A DNA stretch of 62,346 nucleotides, filler included, from Rhabdomonas costata (Eukaryota): assembly GCA_019059605.1 (NCBI GenBank). It is 32 parts of 32 records of this genome, joined end to end, with 100 filler letters (N's around TTAATTAATTAA, not from the genome) between each part and the next. Parts side by side here need not be neighbours in the genome. Positions count along the whole stretch, not along the records: positions 35,140 to 36,991 come from JAHMHO010008209.1; positions 37,092 to 38,942 come from JAHMHO010008210.1; positions 39,043 to 40,889 come from JAHMHO010008211.1; positions 40,990 to 42,840 come from JAHMHO010008212.1; positions 42,941 to 44,791 come from JAHMHO010008213.1; positions 44,892 to 46,742 come from JAHMHO010008214.1; positions 46,843 to 48,693 come from JAHMHO010008215.1; positions 48,794 to 50,643 come from JAHMHO010008216.1; 24 more parts are not named here. One strand, 5' to 3'. The position numbers and the translations under genes were made by a program. Below the pieces are notes generated by a model. The model was not told the DNA's origin. It saw nothing but the letters and a program-made list of their open reading frames with translations, and did not search any database. Below, piece after piece: positions 36,100-48,818 of the stretch. Every line of letters begins with the position of its first letter. Within the stretch, counting starts at the first letter, position 1.

Positions 36100-38096
36100 A
36101 CACACACACACTTAGGAGGTCAGGAGGGTCCTCCCCCATGACCTGTTCTCTTCCAGATGGTGTCCACAGTGCACCATGACAAATAGGAAACCCGCAAGCA
36201 ATCGAGCAAAGTGAAAGGAAATCCTCCTCCCGGGAAACGAGGAAATGGAATCCAGGTCATCTAACTGAAAGCCCCGGGACACTACATCGAATCCTCACCA
36301 TTCCCTCACCTGCAGAGGGGAAGGGAGTGGTGTCAAGAGAGATGGGTCCCGAAAACATCACCGGGTGACTGGAGTAAACAGAACGGCAAACCTCGCACAA
36401 ACACATCGCTCACGTTAACGAACTCTTCAAAGGGTACCTACCACCGTTTTCCCCAGGAAATCCGCTTGGTCGGAGCAGCAAGTTCCGGGTACAGGCTCCA
36501 AAGGCAAGCGGTACACTGAATAAACAGTTTGAACAACACACACGCACGCATAGACCACGGCTAATTGGGGATGAGACACGAAGTCAGGCAGGACGTAAAA
36601 GCGAGCGCAGATCTGGAGGGGTGGAAGAAACGACGGGTGGAAGAAATGACCTAGTAAAGGCAAGGCTGACCCCAAGGGACGCCCTTGTGACGCTAAGCTT
36701 ACAGAGGACGAGCAATTCAATGGGCAACCCGAAGTCTCGCCCGACCGCACAGGGTGCACATTGAAGGAGGGAGGATGGACTCCCTGGCACACACAGAGCA
36801 CGACACCGTTGCACGGAAAGCAGGAAAAAGAAAATATTCACGTCCGCAGGGTGGATGCACTTGGGCAAGTTTCCTCTTGACCTTTGCGTTTGCGTTTGTG
36901 CGTGTGCGGGAGGAGGAGGGGGGGGGGGCGAGGACACAGGGACTTCAAAAGCAATTCAAAACGGAAAACCTAAAATCAAAGAACCCAAAAANNNNNNNNN
37001 NNNNNNNNNNNNNNNNNNNNNNNNNNNNNNNNNNNTTAATTAATTAANNNNNNNNNNNNNNNNNNNNNNNNNNNNNNNNNNNNNNNNNNNNTGACGGCTG
37101 GCCGGCTTTTGCCGTTGTGCTTTGTTCTACTTCACCCGCCCTCCCCCGGCCGCACACACACACACACATGGCTGGGTTTATACCCGGCCTTTACGTACCG
37201 TTCAACACAAATGCAGCAGTTTCCAGATTTGACAGTTCGCTTCAAAGATCAACACAATCACGGATTCACCCAAAAAAAATCGCGCCTTCGGCGCAGTAGT
37301 CTCTTCGGGGCATCCCATTTCTACCTTGATTACATTTCATATCCCCAGACAACGGCATTTCTACAGGTTACAAAGACTTTGAATGGAAAAACGTTACATA
37401 CCATTTTCTGAGTTTCCCGGTGTTACTTATTTATAACAGAAAAGGGTGGAGTCTAACGAGGGAGCAGTGTGAGCAAACCCAAAAGGAGACAGTGCGCGTG
37501 TGTCAGGGGAATGGGAGACAGGGAAATTCTGAATGACAAGAAAAGAATCGATGCATGACTGGAGGGAAAACTCGAATCACACTGCACGGACAAACAACAC
37601 AACGCATGTAGAAAACGTAGCAAAAAAGCATGAAGAACAAGCACGAGGTCATGTTTCTTGCCGAGCCAGGCGGAGGAAGCGGAGGAAGGTGATTAATGTC
37701 TGTTGGTCTGTTGTAGTGGGTACCAAGCCATCGCTCCCCCTGTGCTCAGCGAAAAAGCCCTGAAGGACATCTAGGCACTTAGGCTGTAAAGGGGCAAACC
37801 AAATCACCTCAAAACAACAAGGAGTAAACAGCCCAACATCTTAACAGGTCACACCTGTTTTCCACCACAAACAACGTGGACAAGGTCGCAGTGAACGAGA
37901 ACGTTTTCTTTGAGCAAAAACACCCTCAGTGACGGGAGTTCCGCAGCGGAGAGCAAAAAATACAAAGCACGGCACAGCGCGCGAGAGAGGAGCAATAAAT
38001 TGCAGACGAACGGGACAGAGTGAAAACAAGCAAGGCAACTAAATTACGTTTTCTTTGAACAAAGGGAGGAGAGGCGAGGGAGGTGGGGAGCGGGAC

Positions 38097-38225
38097 CATC
38101 CACCGCCTGTCGTTTGCGAATCCCAGCTCGGTCAGCTGTGCAGAGGTCCGTCTCATCCCACGGCAGCTCTTCACCGGATAGACCCACAACTCGGCGACCC
38201 GCATCGGTTCACTGGGTTGCGTCAT
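38097..38225 (-). CDS. MOSC N-terminal domain protein (mARC-like), first exon
   Basis: MTQPSEPMRVAELWVYPVKSCRGMRRTSAQLTELGFANDRRWM|GT carries the diagnostic YPVKSC and DRRWM motifs. Confidence 0.9.
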
Positions 38226-40773
38226 TGTGTGGTGCCCACAAAACACAGGGGCAGCAACTCAGCGGGCCAACTTGACTGCCAACCGAACCCAAAGAAGGGA
38301 ACCCCAAAGAAAGACTAATACTCTGTCCAACGACGAAATTTTCTCCAAAGTGCATCAAACAGAACGAAGGCTGAAGAGGACGGAATCCTCAGTCTGGGTT
38401 GCACAGACACAAAATTCAATTCTATTCAAAGCACAAAATTTTAAGTTGTAACTTAGCGAGCCTTGTGCTTTCTGCTGTTAATTTTGTGGTGATAAAATCG
38501 TACCATGCTGTGCGGTATTCTAAAATCACGGTACGCACTGAAATCGGATAAAATTGAAGGAAATGATTGAATCCATTAATTACCGCAAGAAGCGCCTGCC
38601 TCGAAAGCAACCGGTGGATGGTTGCACGATACTTGTTTCAGTTGTTTCAGTGCCCAAATGACCAACAGACAACACCTTTTCGTGCGTCCTCACCATTATG
38701 GTGAGGCATGTTTTTCCTGAATCCAGTTGCTTGCTCAAGAGGAACAAGGTTTCCGTTTCGCTTGGGACGTAATTGTTCTGGGGGGGAGGGCACTATGGAC
38801 AAACACAAGGGGTGAGCTATCGCCCACACGTTCACTTTTTGAGAGATTGCAAGAAGGGGTTGTCCTGGACTTCCTCCCCAACCGTGGTGGGCTCGTTGTG
38901 GCCCGGAAAAACAGTGGTTTGCGCCGGGAGAGCCAACAACCCNNNNNNNNNNNNNNNNNNNNNNNNNNNNNNNNNNNNNNNNNNNNTTAATTAATTAANN
39001 NNNNNNNNNNNNNNNNNNNNNNNNNNNNNNNNNNNNNNNNNNGTGTGTGTGTGGTCCGGGTTTCGGAGCCTTTCAGGGAGGGGGGCGTACTTTGCAGGGA
39101 GGTCTGGAGACGACACGCTCGGACGAACGCAGTGCGATCATTGATGAGAGTTGAGCTCAGGGCAGCTCGTATAAGTCCGATGAAAGGTTTCAAAGACATG
39201 GCGGAGCGTGCGCTGGCGTAGGAATGTAGTAGCTCAGAGTTTCCGACGTTGGATAGGCACCCAATTGTGTGCGAGTGCGAGGGCCAGGACCGCACTTTTT
39301 GGAAATTGGGTATTTCCGGCGATCTCATTGCAAAAAAAAGGGGGGGGATCACCTAACCTCCTGCTGACGACTTGGAATCTTGTAACATAAATAGCCCTTA
39401 CCCCCCCCCCCCCACGAACTCGTCCGTTGTGCCTCACAAAAAGGAAAGCACTTGTACAAAAGTTCATAAGTGTGTGCATGTGCATGGAGCACTTGCATTA
39501 CCTCCAGAGGGCTCGTCGTCAGGCCGGGCTGCACCTCTGTGGGCGTGACCGCCGAGAAGACTTGGCCCAGGCCCACGCCAGAGGAGGCCACAGAGAGCCG
39601 CCCCAGGCAGGCTTGGATCCTTCGCGAGCCCCAACACTCACACTCGCCTGGGAGGAAACTTCGGGAGAGCGCCCGGGAAAGCCCCACGGAGAGGTCTCGC
39701 AGCGCGTCCAGCCCAGCCTGGTCTGGGTTCTGCACACCCCCGCCACAGACAGTGTCAACGGGTTTGGTTGACAAGCCGTCACCAGTGGTAACACAAAACA
39801 GATCTAAAACTTTGAAAAATTAGCTTAACAACGATAACGTAAAACATACCTGCACCTCTCGATATGACTCTATTTCTTGAAGTTGAAAACTAGCTAAGGA
39901 CTCGCCATAGCTGGGAAATGGCCGAACGAGTAGAAGAGGCACTGGTTTAGGGGGAAAGCCAGCATAGCGGCGGCCGGAGCGGGTGGCTGGGGAGGTGACT
40001 TGGGATTATTACCACTGGTAACCACTACGCCCCCCCCAAACTTCCGTTGCACCAAGGGCGATGTGCTCATCGAAACCTTTGCGTTTCTTTTCAATCTAGC
40101 TCACTCAATATTGAATGAAATACTTCGAAACAGCACCCGTTCGCACCCAGGAGCCAAGTTACAGATTCGATAATGGGAAGCCTCACAATTCATCACAAAT
40201 CACTGTTTCTTCAGAGCTGAAGCCGAAGCGCCCAAGGTCTTCATTTTGACTGCACAAATGAGGCGTGACCATTGAGGCGGCTCTTTTTACCTCTCCCATA
40301 TCTTGTACCATTTCTTCCGCTCACAACATGAGGGTCTGACGTAAACCCACAACCTGCTACAGAGGCGGCGAGCCAGGGGGTTAAAAAATGCTTCAGCAGT
40401 GAACCTTTCTACTTTAAAGCTCCTTTCTGTGCTCATGACACTTTATGATGTCCTCTGCAGTGACGAAACAAAGCTGCGAGAGGGGCTAACAGGTCATGGG
40501 GTTCTCCGAGAACTCCTTCTAAGTGCTCGAAATGTGACTCCGAGCTGAAGGCCAGTGTGTTCAGGGGCAAGCCTGGGCTGGTGTGTACTGACCAGAAGTA
40601 CCGTCTTAGAGTGCCGGTTGTTTTGTATGGGTTAGGTATATACTTTGCCAAGGTTCCCCCTAGGACAGGTTCTTTTGAAGCAGGGGGTAAGGTCAGGATC
40701 TACCACTAATGAACTGCTTTTTGATCTTGGGCGGAGGAGTGCAGCTAAGCGCCGCCCAAGACCCTCAGTGGAG

Positions 40774-40860
40774 GGTTAGGAAGCGATGCACATGTCCCCT
40801 AGGAAGAGATATTTGATCGCGCACGGGGTTAGAGGCGATGCACATGCTCCCTGGAAAAAG
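40774..40860 (+). repeat. Imperfect ~35-bp direct repeat
   Basis: GGGTTAGGAAGCGATGCACATGTCCCCTAGGAAGAG versus GGGTTAGAGGCGATGCACATGCTCCCTGGAAAAAG. Confidence 0.75.
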
Positions 40861-40989
40861 GTTCAGTGCTGAAGGTATGCCAAAAACAANNNNNNNNNNN
40901 NNNNNNNNNNNNNNNNNNNNNNNNNNNNNNNNNTTAATTAATTAANNNNNNNNNNNNNNNNNNNNNNNNNNNNNNNNNNNNNNNNNNNN

Positions 40990-42840
40990 GTGGGGGGGGG
41001 TATGCCACCCGGCATTGCCCCACATGGCATACCTCCCACTACCACCATGCACCCTATCATCTGGGGGTTAGGCATATGCACTACCACCCTATTGGCTGGA
41101 CGTGGCTGGGTTGAGCCTTGGCCTGACCTTCTAGCTTCCTCCGCAGGGGTTTACCGGTCATATCCGTCACGTGGACTAAGCGACTACTGACATCACCGGT
41201 TTCACATTTATGTGCACAGTGCCATAATTCTCAACCCACCACCCAACTCCCACCACGAGACGTGAAACCAACACCCAAGGCCAATACCAGTACAGAGATA
41301 CGCATACGGACACAGAAATCCAAATCCAGAACCAAAATCCAAAAATCTAAATACCCACGCGAAAATTCACACTCCAAGCTGACTTAAAATGAGTGATTGT
41401 ATGCGGTACACCACCCGAATGTTGTGATTGTTACCGGTATGCAACCCCGGGGCTATGGTGTGAAAAGGAGGTCGCAGAGGCCGACACCACTGATGATGCT
41501 ATTAACGATGAAAACCATCACTTTTTAAAAAAATTGACAAAAATTTAAATTCCAGAAAATAAAAAACCCAAAAAATTGAAAAATCGTGGAATTCATCATT
41601 TTTTCGCATTTTTTACACCAAAACACACGACTCACTGTCATACTCACGCGTATTTGTACTCGCATTCTCAGTATAGTATACCCTCGTGTACCATTGCATC
41701 ATTCTCAGATACCCTTACACCAAGAGATACCACTAACTGACGTCCTACTGGTTCAACGTGGGACATTTTTCCATTCCAAGTGATTTCACCCTCAGACTCT
41801 TTATCATAACCATCTGTAATACCAGAATGATAACGGAACCTTCCATGAAGTATTGTGGTGTAGTGAAAGTACAGTATGTTGGCGATAACACCACAATGAT
41901 ATTGGCACCCCTGCGAGTGTCTCCTCCAACCCTAATGCAATGTTTGCTCAAGTGTGAGATGCAAAAGAAAATTGCTCTCACACAGATCTAAAACGCCGGA
42001 AGACAAAAACCAAAAGGAGTAAGGATAACCACAACGCACAAATCACAACGAAACAATTGATAAAAACAAAAAACGCAAAGCCTGTTTGACCCTGGTCATA
42101 CAATGTGCATACAGGGCCTGGTCATACACACACCACCGCCTTGACGATGAGCTGGTTTCTCTTCCACCCTGTCAAGGACGGACGGAAGGCTTTTCTCTAT
42201 CGTTTCTCTTTCATTTGGTCTTTCCTCCGGAAATCCGGAGGAAGAAATTCTGTACTGCACCCTACTTCAGCCCATCATGGTGTGTTCCCCACTGTGCTGA
42301 AATATATACCATGCAGATCGTCTGAGGTTACACTCCACATCCTTTAGCACTCTTGCGGGCGTGTCCGTCACGATGCCCCCGAACGACCTTGTTCTGATCT
42401 TTTCTGCGATCACTGACTTCCTTGTTGGTAGTGCAGGAGTGGGGAGACTGGGTATGATTTCCATTTTGGCACAAGGCTCTAGCCAGTTCTTCGGCGGCAG
42501 AAGGTGACCAACCATAGCATTCCTTCGTACCTGGGTGTCCACGACTATATTACCCAATATAGATTTGCTTTAAATTTTTAAGATGTGGAGTATTTCCTTT
42601 GAGGTCCGCATCGGTGCGAATTGGGGACCTGTGAGATTTTTTACATGACAGACCCAGCTGCTATTATTCGTTTTTCTCACCCTGTGTTCTTGCTGCAAAA
42701 ACACCCAAACATGATGGTTTGGACGACACGGAGCCAAGAGGTTACGATTCTGCCGGTTGGCCTTGTGGCGGTCTCCCCCCTTCCTGAACTTCTTGACGTA
42801 GCGCTTGAAGCAGTTCTTTGTATATAAAACACACAAAAAA
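40990..42840 (-). mobile_element. Degenerate repeat element, possibly a tyrosine-recombinase (DIRS/TATE-like) remnant
   Basis: No GC-rich exon pattern. 41011-41088 is homologous to 61378-61458. The minus strand of 42100-42620 gives, across stops and frameshifts, MLWLVTFCR ... WGTHHDGLK*GAVQ ... LTGWK ... VYD, in the order of the YR R-HxxR-H/W-Y residues. Confidence 0.4.
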
Positions 42841-43488
42841 NNNNNNNNNNNNNNNNNNNNNNNNNNNNNNNNNNNNNNNNNNNNTTAATTAATTAANNNN
42901 NNNNNNNNNNNNNNNNNNNNNNNNNNNNNNNNNNNNNNNNGTTGTAGGAACACAGCCTCTGCACTTCTCCAGGGAACCGCTACACAAGATGGAACCTCCC
43001 TTTAAGGGAGGAGAGTGAAATTGCGCAAAAGAGAAACACGCACCACGCGGGGTGTGTGAAGAGTAATCTCCAGCATCGAGGCGAAATCCCGGGAAATCTT
43101 TTCGGGACGGAGGTTCTGAAAGCATAGCAAAGTGTCAGGGAAAGTGCAGAGCGGCAACCCGATCGTCCGCAACCGGGGGAGATATGCCCAGTTCATCCAA
43201 AAGAATCGGCGTGTTCGTTTAGAAGAAGAAACGCTCAGTCCCGATTGTCCATTGTCGTCTCTCAGTTTACTCTGCTCAGATTAGGCAAAGACTGCGAGTC
43301 AACAAACAACCATGGAGCACTGCATTGATGAGCAGCTTTGGCTGTTGTACGGAGGAGCAATCGACTGTGCCATCATAGCGACAGGGTTACTGTCAATGTG
43401 GGTCATCGGAGGCGTTCAAGGGGGAATCCGCGAGGGTTTCGTGCGCCGAAGCACTGTTACAGGCAAACAATTTGACAACAGGGGAAAC

Positions 43489-44220
43489 CTTCTGATCTGG
43501 AAGAGATAAGTAGCTGAAATTCATCAGGGCGTCCCCTTTGGCGCCTCCACTGCCCACAATATCTGCAAACGGAACAAAACGGTTCATCCACTCATTGGAA
43601 AAAGACCGGCTTCAATTTGCAGGAGGGAGGGAGGGGGTTCCGCACACTCAGTGCGCGATTATAGACAATTCATGAAGGAGGAGGGAAACAAACCAAGCCA
43701 AAGTTACTTCGCGCGGAAAACACACTTTTCACAGAGAGGGAAGCAGAGGAAAACCATTCTCCATTCTGCGGTTTCCCGGGTTTGTAAATGCAGCAACTAT
43801 TAACGAAAACTTCGCCCCAAAACCTTGTTTCTCTGTGCAATCAAAACACACGGCTCCACTGGGGTGTGACTGCTGAGCGGGGTTCCAAGGATAAAAAACC
43901 CAACCAACCATTGGGGCAGGGGACATGCCAAAGCAATGAAAGTGCCTGACTGCACAGCCAAACGAGAGCGACGAAGGTATGTGTAAACGGAGCATCAGTA
44001 ACCAGCGTAAGATCAACAATAACATTAACTCTGAGTATCTTTGCGCCCGCTTGCAGGGGACGGGGAAACCTGGGTATTTCAGAGTCAGCTCCGGGGCCGA
44101 CGCTTCATCGCGCAGGGAGATGGACCGGAGCTCTCCAGAAACAGCCACGCTGTGGTCATCACGAAGCTCCACCACTAGCTTGGAGCCGGCCGCCCGCACG
44201 CCAAACAGTGGGGAATGGCC
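43489..44220 (-). CDS. VPS13-like protein fragment, 2 exons
   Basis: Exons 44220-44070 and 43562-43489 join in phase 1 to give ...VAVSGELRSISLRDEASAPELTLKYPDIVGSGGAKGDALMNFSYLSLPDQK. The beta-strand pattern recalls VPS13, but the identity is unverified. Confidence 0.45.
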
Positions 44221-45859
44221 CTGCAAGAACAAACATTGTCCTAAACCCGAAGCATAAAAAATCGGTACTTGTGACGTGTTCTTTCCCCCGATTATTTAGT
44301 GCTTCCCTTGCTGAATCACTTTCTTCGTCTCGTATTTTACTACAGTCGCTGTTGTCGTCGTTTGGATTGCTTTGTGCTGCTGAGCCACGAATATTCTCGA
44401 CTTTGACACTGCTTGTACTGATGGATCGGGAAAAAAAGGGCCATACACCGCTTTGTAAACAAGGAAAGTTGAAGGTCGTGACATTGAAACGAGCGCAAGC
44501 ACGGAAACGGAAACTTGGGCAGGTCCCATTAATCCCAACAAAGAAGATGAAGTGGCGCTTATATCTCTCGCAGCCTGACGCTGGTTGAAAAAGAAACAAA
44601 AAACCTTTCCCTGACCTGAGTCATCGGGTATAAGAGTCGCTAATTTTTGCGCCGAGAATAAGATATCATGTTTTCCTAAAAACGACGAAAAGCCTACCAC
44701 GAAAAAAGAGAAGACAGCAGCCAAAAAATGATAATTGTCTTATCGGGCCAAAGTGCATGCCACAAGAGGTTCAAAAATTGCAACCCACACCNNNNNNNNN
44801 NNNNNNNNNNNNNNNNNNNNNNNNNNNNNNNNNNNTTAATTAATTAANNNNNNNNNNNNNNNNNNNNNNNNNNNNNNNNNNNNNNNNNNNNGCAATGCAG
44901 GTAGCCGCTGGAAAAGAGCAGCTGCGCGACAATGGCCCGGGACCCGTGGGGCAGAAGGGAGGTTACCAAATGTGGAAAGTTCGGCGGTGAGCCGGTTCCG
45001 GTTCTTCACGGCACCGTTCGTTCCAACGACACCTCTCGCGAGCACCCGTGGCCAGCAGCGCGTGCGCCAGTGAGTCCACAGTGGCTACCAACAACCAAGC
45101 AATCACTCAACCAGGCAACAGCCAGCGCTCAATGCGCCTAACACAATACATACCTTGCTGTTTCTTCCAAACTCCCTCTTAAACTAAGCGACCTTTGAAT
45201 TCATTATCCTACTCTGAAAAGACCTCACGGACTTGTCGATCCGTCGGTCAATATGAGTGCGAGCGAGTCGATCGTTTGCAATTCTCTACGGTTGGGAAGC
45301 GATGCTCCTCAGCACTGACGAAAGGGATCTAGTGACCACCCGTGCACACCCTAGTTTTCTACACACAGACACAAACAAACGAACAAACAAACGCAAACTC
45401 ACCCTGGAGCCTTCTTCAGCGCGGGAAGAAGTGCGCAAAAAAAGGGCCTCCCATCACGCCTCTGGATATTGGATAAGGCCTTCGCTCCGCTTGTTTGCAG
45501 TCGAAACAAAAAGGCTGGGTTGGTTTTACGGTATGTCATGAAGCTGCTTCTGCTTCGTCGGATAAAGTTGTCCCTGCAGTTCTTTGACGTGGTAACACCG
45601 ATTTCAAGGGCCTGCGACATGGTATTTTCTCTCACAGGTTACGTTACCCGCAGCCAAATCTGAGAATATATAAAAGCGGCGATTTTCGCCCTTGTGATAC
45701 AGAGTTGGAAAAGAGTAACTGATTTGGTGAGTTTATAGCATGCAAGGAAACTGCTTCACCTAAGTCGCTGCCGTTCTTCTGTGTTATGACACGCATCCCA
45801 CGGTCCTGTCAAACCAAGAAATGTGTGAACGTGGACCCTCCAAAAAAAACATTGAAAAG

Positions 45860-45994
45860 GACTACACCGACGTCTCCCTCCCGGAGGCGATCCGGGAGTA
45901 CCTCCGGCGCTTCGCGGGACACTTCCCGCGCTCCTTCGACGTCGTCACCGCCGGTGCCCGGGAGTTCCTCAGCAAGCGCAAAGCTACCGCGTAA
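45860..45994 (+). CDS. Probable terminal exon of an unknown protein
   Basis: GC3-rich segment AG|DYTDVSLPEAIREYLRRFAGHFPRSFDVVTAGAREFLSKRKATA-TAA. Confidence 0.4.
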   Translation, partial: DYTDVSLPEAIREYLRRFAGHFPRSFDVVTAGAREFLSKRKATA

Positions 45995-46933
45995 TCGTGT
46001 AAATTCCCGCACACATGCACGCATGTACACACCCCGCTCGCCATCATCAACACATTCCCTTCCTCCGTCTGTCACCACACTTCCCCTTTTCTGCATCCCT
46101 TGCCTTTGTCTGAAGTTGCTCACTTGCCTCAACTTACCTCCTTGGCTTTTTGGGGGCAGGCTTAACTGGAGTCAGAAAAAAGTCGCCCATTCCATCGCGA
46201 GTCACTAAAGTTGTTATGTGAGTCTTTGGGCGTCACAGAAGATTTTGCTGCCAGTAACTATGAACCAGATTCGAATGCGCTCAAAGGTTAGGCCTTTCCA
46301 GAAACAGGGCCCGGCGCTTTGTTTATGACCACTGAACCCAGCAAGCCAGTTGTTGCACAAATCAGGGCTTGTGAAGTTCCTCCGGAAACACTTGGTTCAG
46401 CACCTGGATTTTCCATTTTAGACCACTTTAGACGAACCCTACCATAGAAAGGTCCCCATAAGCCCATGCGTGCCAGTAAGAGAATGCGCCGCGTTCAGAG
46501 TTTTCAGACCTTTTCCGATCCGTCCGGTATGCACCTGGGCTGACCACTTACTGGTGACCATCATCTCTAACACTAACCATATTCGGTACGCATGGCCCTT
46601 CTCCAACCCTCACACTCCTCCCATCCATCCCCTCACTCTCCGTGCATCCATCCATCCTTGTGGTTTTCTTGCCCATTGGTTCGGATATTCATTCGATTGT
46701 GTCCCATCCGCACACGGCTCACTTCCCCCACCCCCCACACCCNNNNNNNNNNNNNNNNNNNNNNNNNNNNNNNNNNNNNNNNNNNNTTAATTAATTAANN
46801 NNNNNNNNNNNNNNNNNNNNNNNNNNNNNNNNNNNNNNNNNNGGTGCTGGTGACTGGTAGTCCCTTTTGTTCTTGTTGCTCTAGTACCACAAATACTCGG
46901 TGGCGCTTTTCTGCTTCCAAGAGATTGTCCCTT

Positions 46934-47033
46934 ACAAATAAGACATCAGCGGCTCGGTGTTCAGCACTAGGCCGAGGGCAAAGTGGGCCCGCCCGGAGGC
47001 CGAAGAGCCCGCGCCCTCACAAATAAGACATCA
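46934..47033. mobile_element. 70-nt GC-rich insert flanked by 15-bp direct repeats (candidate target-site duplication)
   Basis: ACAAATAAGACATCA occurs at 46934-46948 and 47019-47033. Confidence 0.55.
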
Positions 47034-47826
47034 TCAAAGTACTATCCAAGTTTTTCGCCGCGTGTGAACTTAATGCGAAGACTTGCAAGTAAACAAACCA
47101 GACAGGTTGAGTTGTCACATTACCACTGTCTGAAGGTTCAGCGTGTGGCTTCCCACGCTCTCCTTCAGGTCACATCTGCTCAACCGTTGGGACGCTTAGA
47201 TATTGTCTAGTGGCGTTTCAAACCCAATAAACCTCTGAACATAATACAAAAGGAAAAAGGAAGTAAACACTGTGAAACTATCTATCTATGCATAACAGAA
47301 CACCTGTGAAAACTCTATCTATCTTTTAGAGTGGTGGTTACTCTCGAGTTTCCACTCATTTTTTATTCTTTGATTGCCGCTCTTCTTGCTTTGCCCTTTG
47401 CTTTTATCTCCTTGTGTTTCCCACCTACCCCCTTTTGCATTGCATGACCCTTTTGGGTCCGCGTATGAATTCCTCTCTTTTTTCGGTTGAAGCCGGTCAA
47501 CCTTATCCTGTGTCAACCTGGAATTTAGCAAGAATTCTCTATTTCATCGTAATACTTTAGTACTTTGGATAATTTGGAGGAGGGGGAAGGGCGTTTCCTA
47601 CTTTCACCAGCAGGTAAGCAGGTAAGTCCCGTGGTTGAGCCCAGAAGTGTTCATATCTTTCAAGAAGCGCTTGGGGAATCCCACCATCCTCTTGTGTCAG
47701 AGAGCGGTTACCCACCCGTAGGGAAACATCCACGCCCACACCCACACGCATACGTACATGCGCTCATTCACTCAAGGCGACACGGGGGGATGCGTGGGTG
47801 GACCCCATTTTGGGCTACCTCCCAGA

Positions 47827-47957
47827 CTATCTCTGCGAGTGTCCCACCCGTGGGGTGGATGCTCTGGTGGCGGCGATTGGGGAGCTGCCCCTTTCCACGG
47901 AGGATGAGGGCGACCAGCTGCTGGCGTATATGGACCTGACCTTCTTCAGCGAACAGG
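47827..47957 (+). CDS. Probable exon of an unknown protein
   Basis: CAG|DYLCECPTRGVDALVAAIGELPLSTEDEGDQLLAYMDLTFFSEQ has coding-like GC3. The donor site is unclear. Confidence 0.35.
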
Positions 47958-48612
47958 CTCAGGCACAACTCATCCCATCCAACCCACTCCCGCACTCACC
48001 CCACCGCAGGAAAGTGGGGTGAAAGCGAAGTGCACGCCGGTCATTCCGCCCTTGGCAGGCAACTGCATCCCATGCCGGTGGTCAACTGGTCTTGAAAAGT
48101 ATTGTGCCTTATGTAATTTGGTTGCAGCTATGTGTGAATGGAGTGTATCCCAGCACATAAAGAATCCGAAGCACGGGCACGCAAATAGGAACAGGCAGTA
48201 TTGTGTTGTATTTTGCAGGTGAAACCTCCATTACTCGTGGTTTTTTGCCCCGAATTTCCGACGGACCATCACAATGGGTAACCGAGTGGGGAGTGTGGGG
48301 ACAGGAGGCTGTGTGGCTGTGCTGTGCTCTCAGCGTGGACTCCCCAGGACATCCCTGCAGAAGCTTTCCGAGGCCAGGGCCTCGGTGCATAACAAGAGGG
48401 CCACGGCCAACTTGCAAGCGGGCAACGTTTCCTCGGGTGTGGGTTGTTGCTCCGCACGAGGCACCCCCATTCACGTTCTTCGACTGCTCGCGTCTGTTAG
48501 AGCGGTGCTCCCCCTCACCGTAAAGTCATCGACCATTATCTCTCCTTTCAATTAGACAGCCTTCTCGCGAGACAGAAGGGGGCCGCCCACCCACAGCCGC
48601 CGTGAACATAGT

Positions 48613-48687
48613 TTGGATTGCCCCTGTCTTGACCCCTCCTTCCCCGCGCTGCGCTGGGAAGGAGGGGTCAAGACAGGGGCAATCCAA
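48613..48687. repeat. Perfect 32-bp inverted repeat with an 11-nt loop
   Basis: TTGGATTGCCCCTGTCTTGACCCCTCCTTCCC (48613-48644) and its exact reverse complement (48656-48687). Confidence 0.97.
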
Positions 48688-48818
48688 CCAACCNNNNNNN
48701 NNNNNNNNNNNNNNNNNNNNNNNNNNNNNNNNNNNNNTTAATTAATTAANNNNNNNNNNNNNNNNNNNNNNNNNNNNNNNNNNNNNNNNNNNNGTGTTTT
48801 TTGAAGGTCTCTTGCCAG

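Noticed and set aside
39880..40700. Possible retroelement ORF remnants on the minus strand
   Set aside because: No diagnostic RT, RNase H, integrase or YR motif could be identified.
40620..41080. GGGTTAG words as telomeric repeats
   Set aside because: They are isolated single units, with no tandem TTAGGG array.
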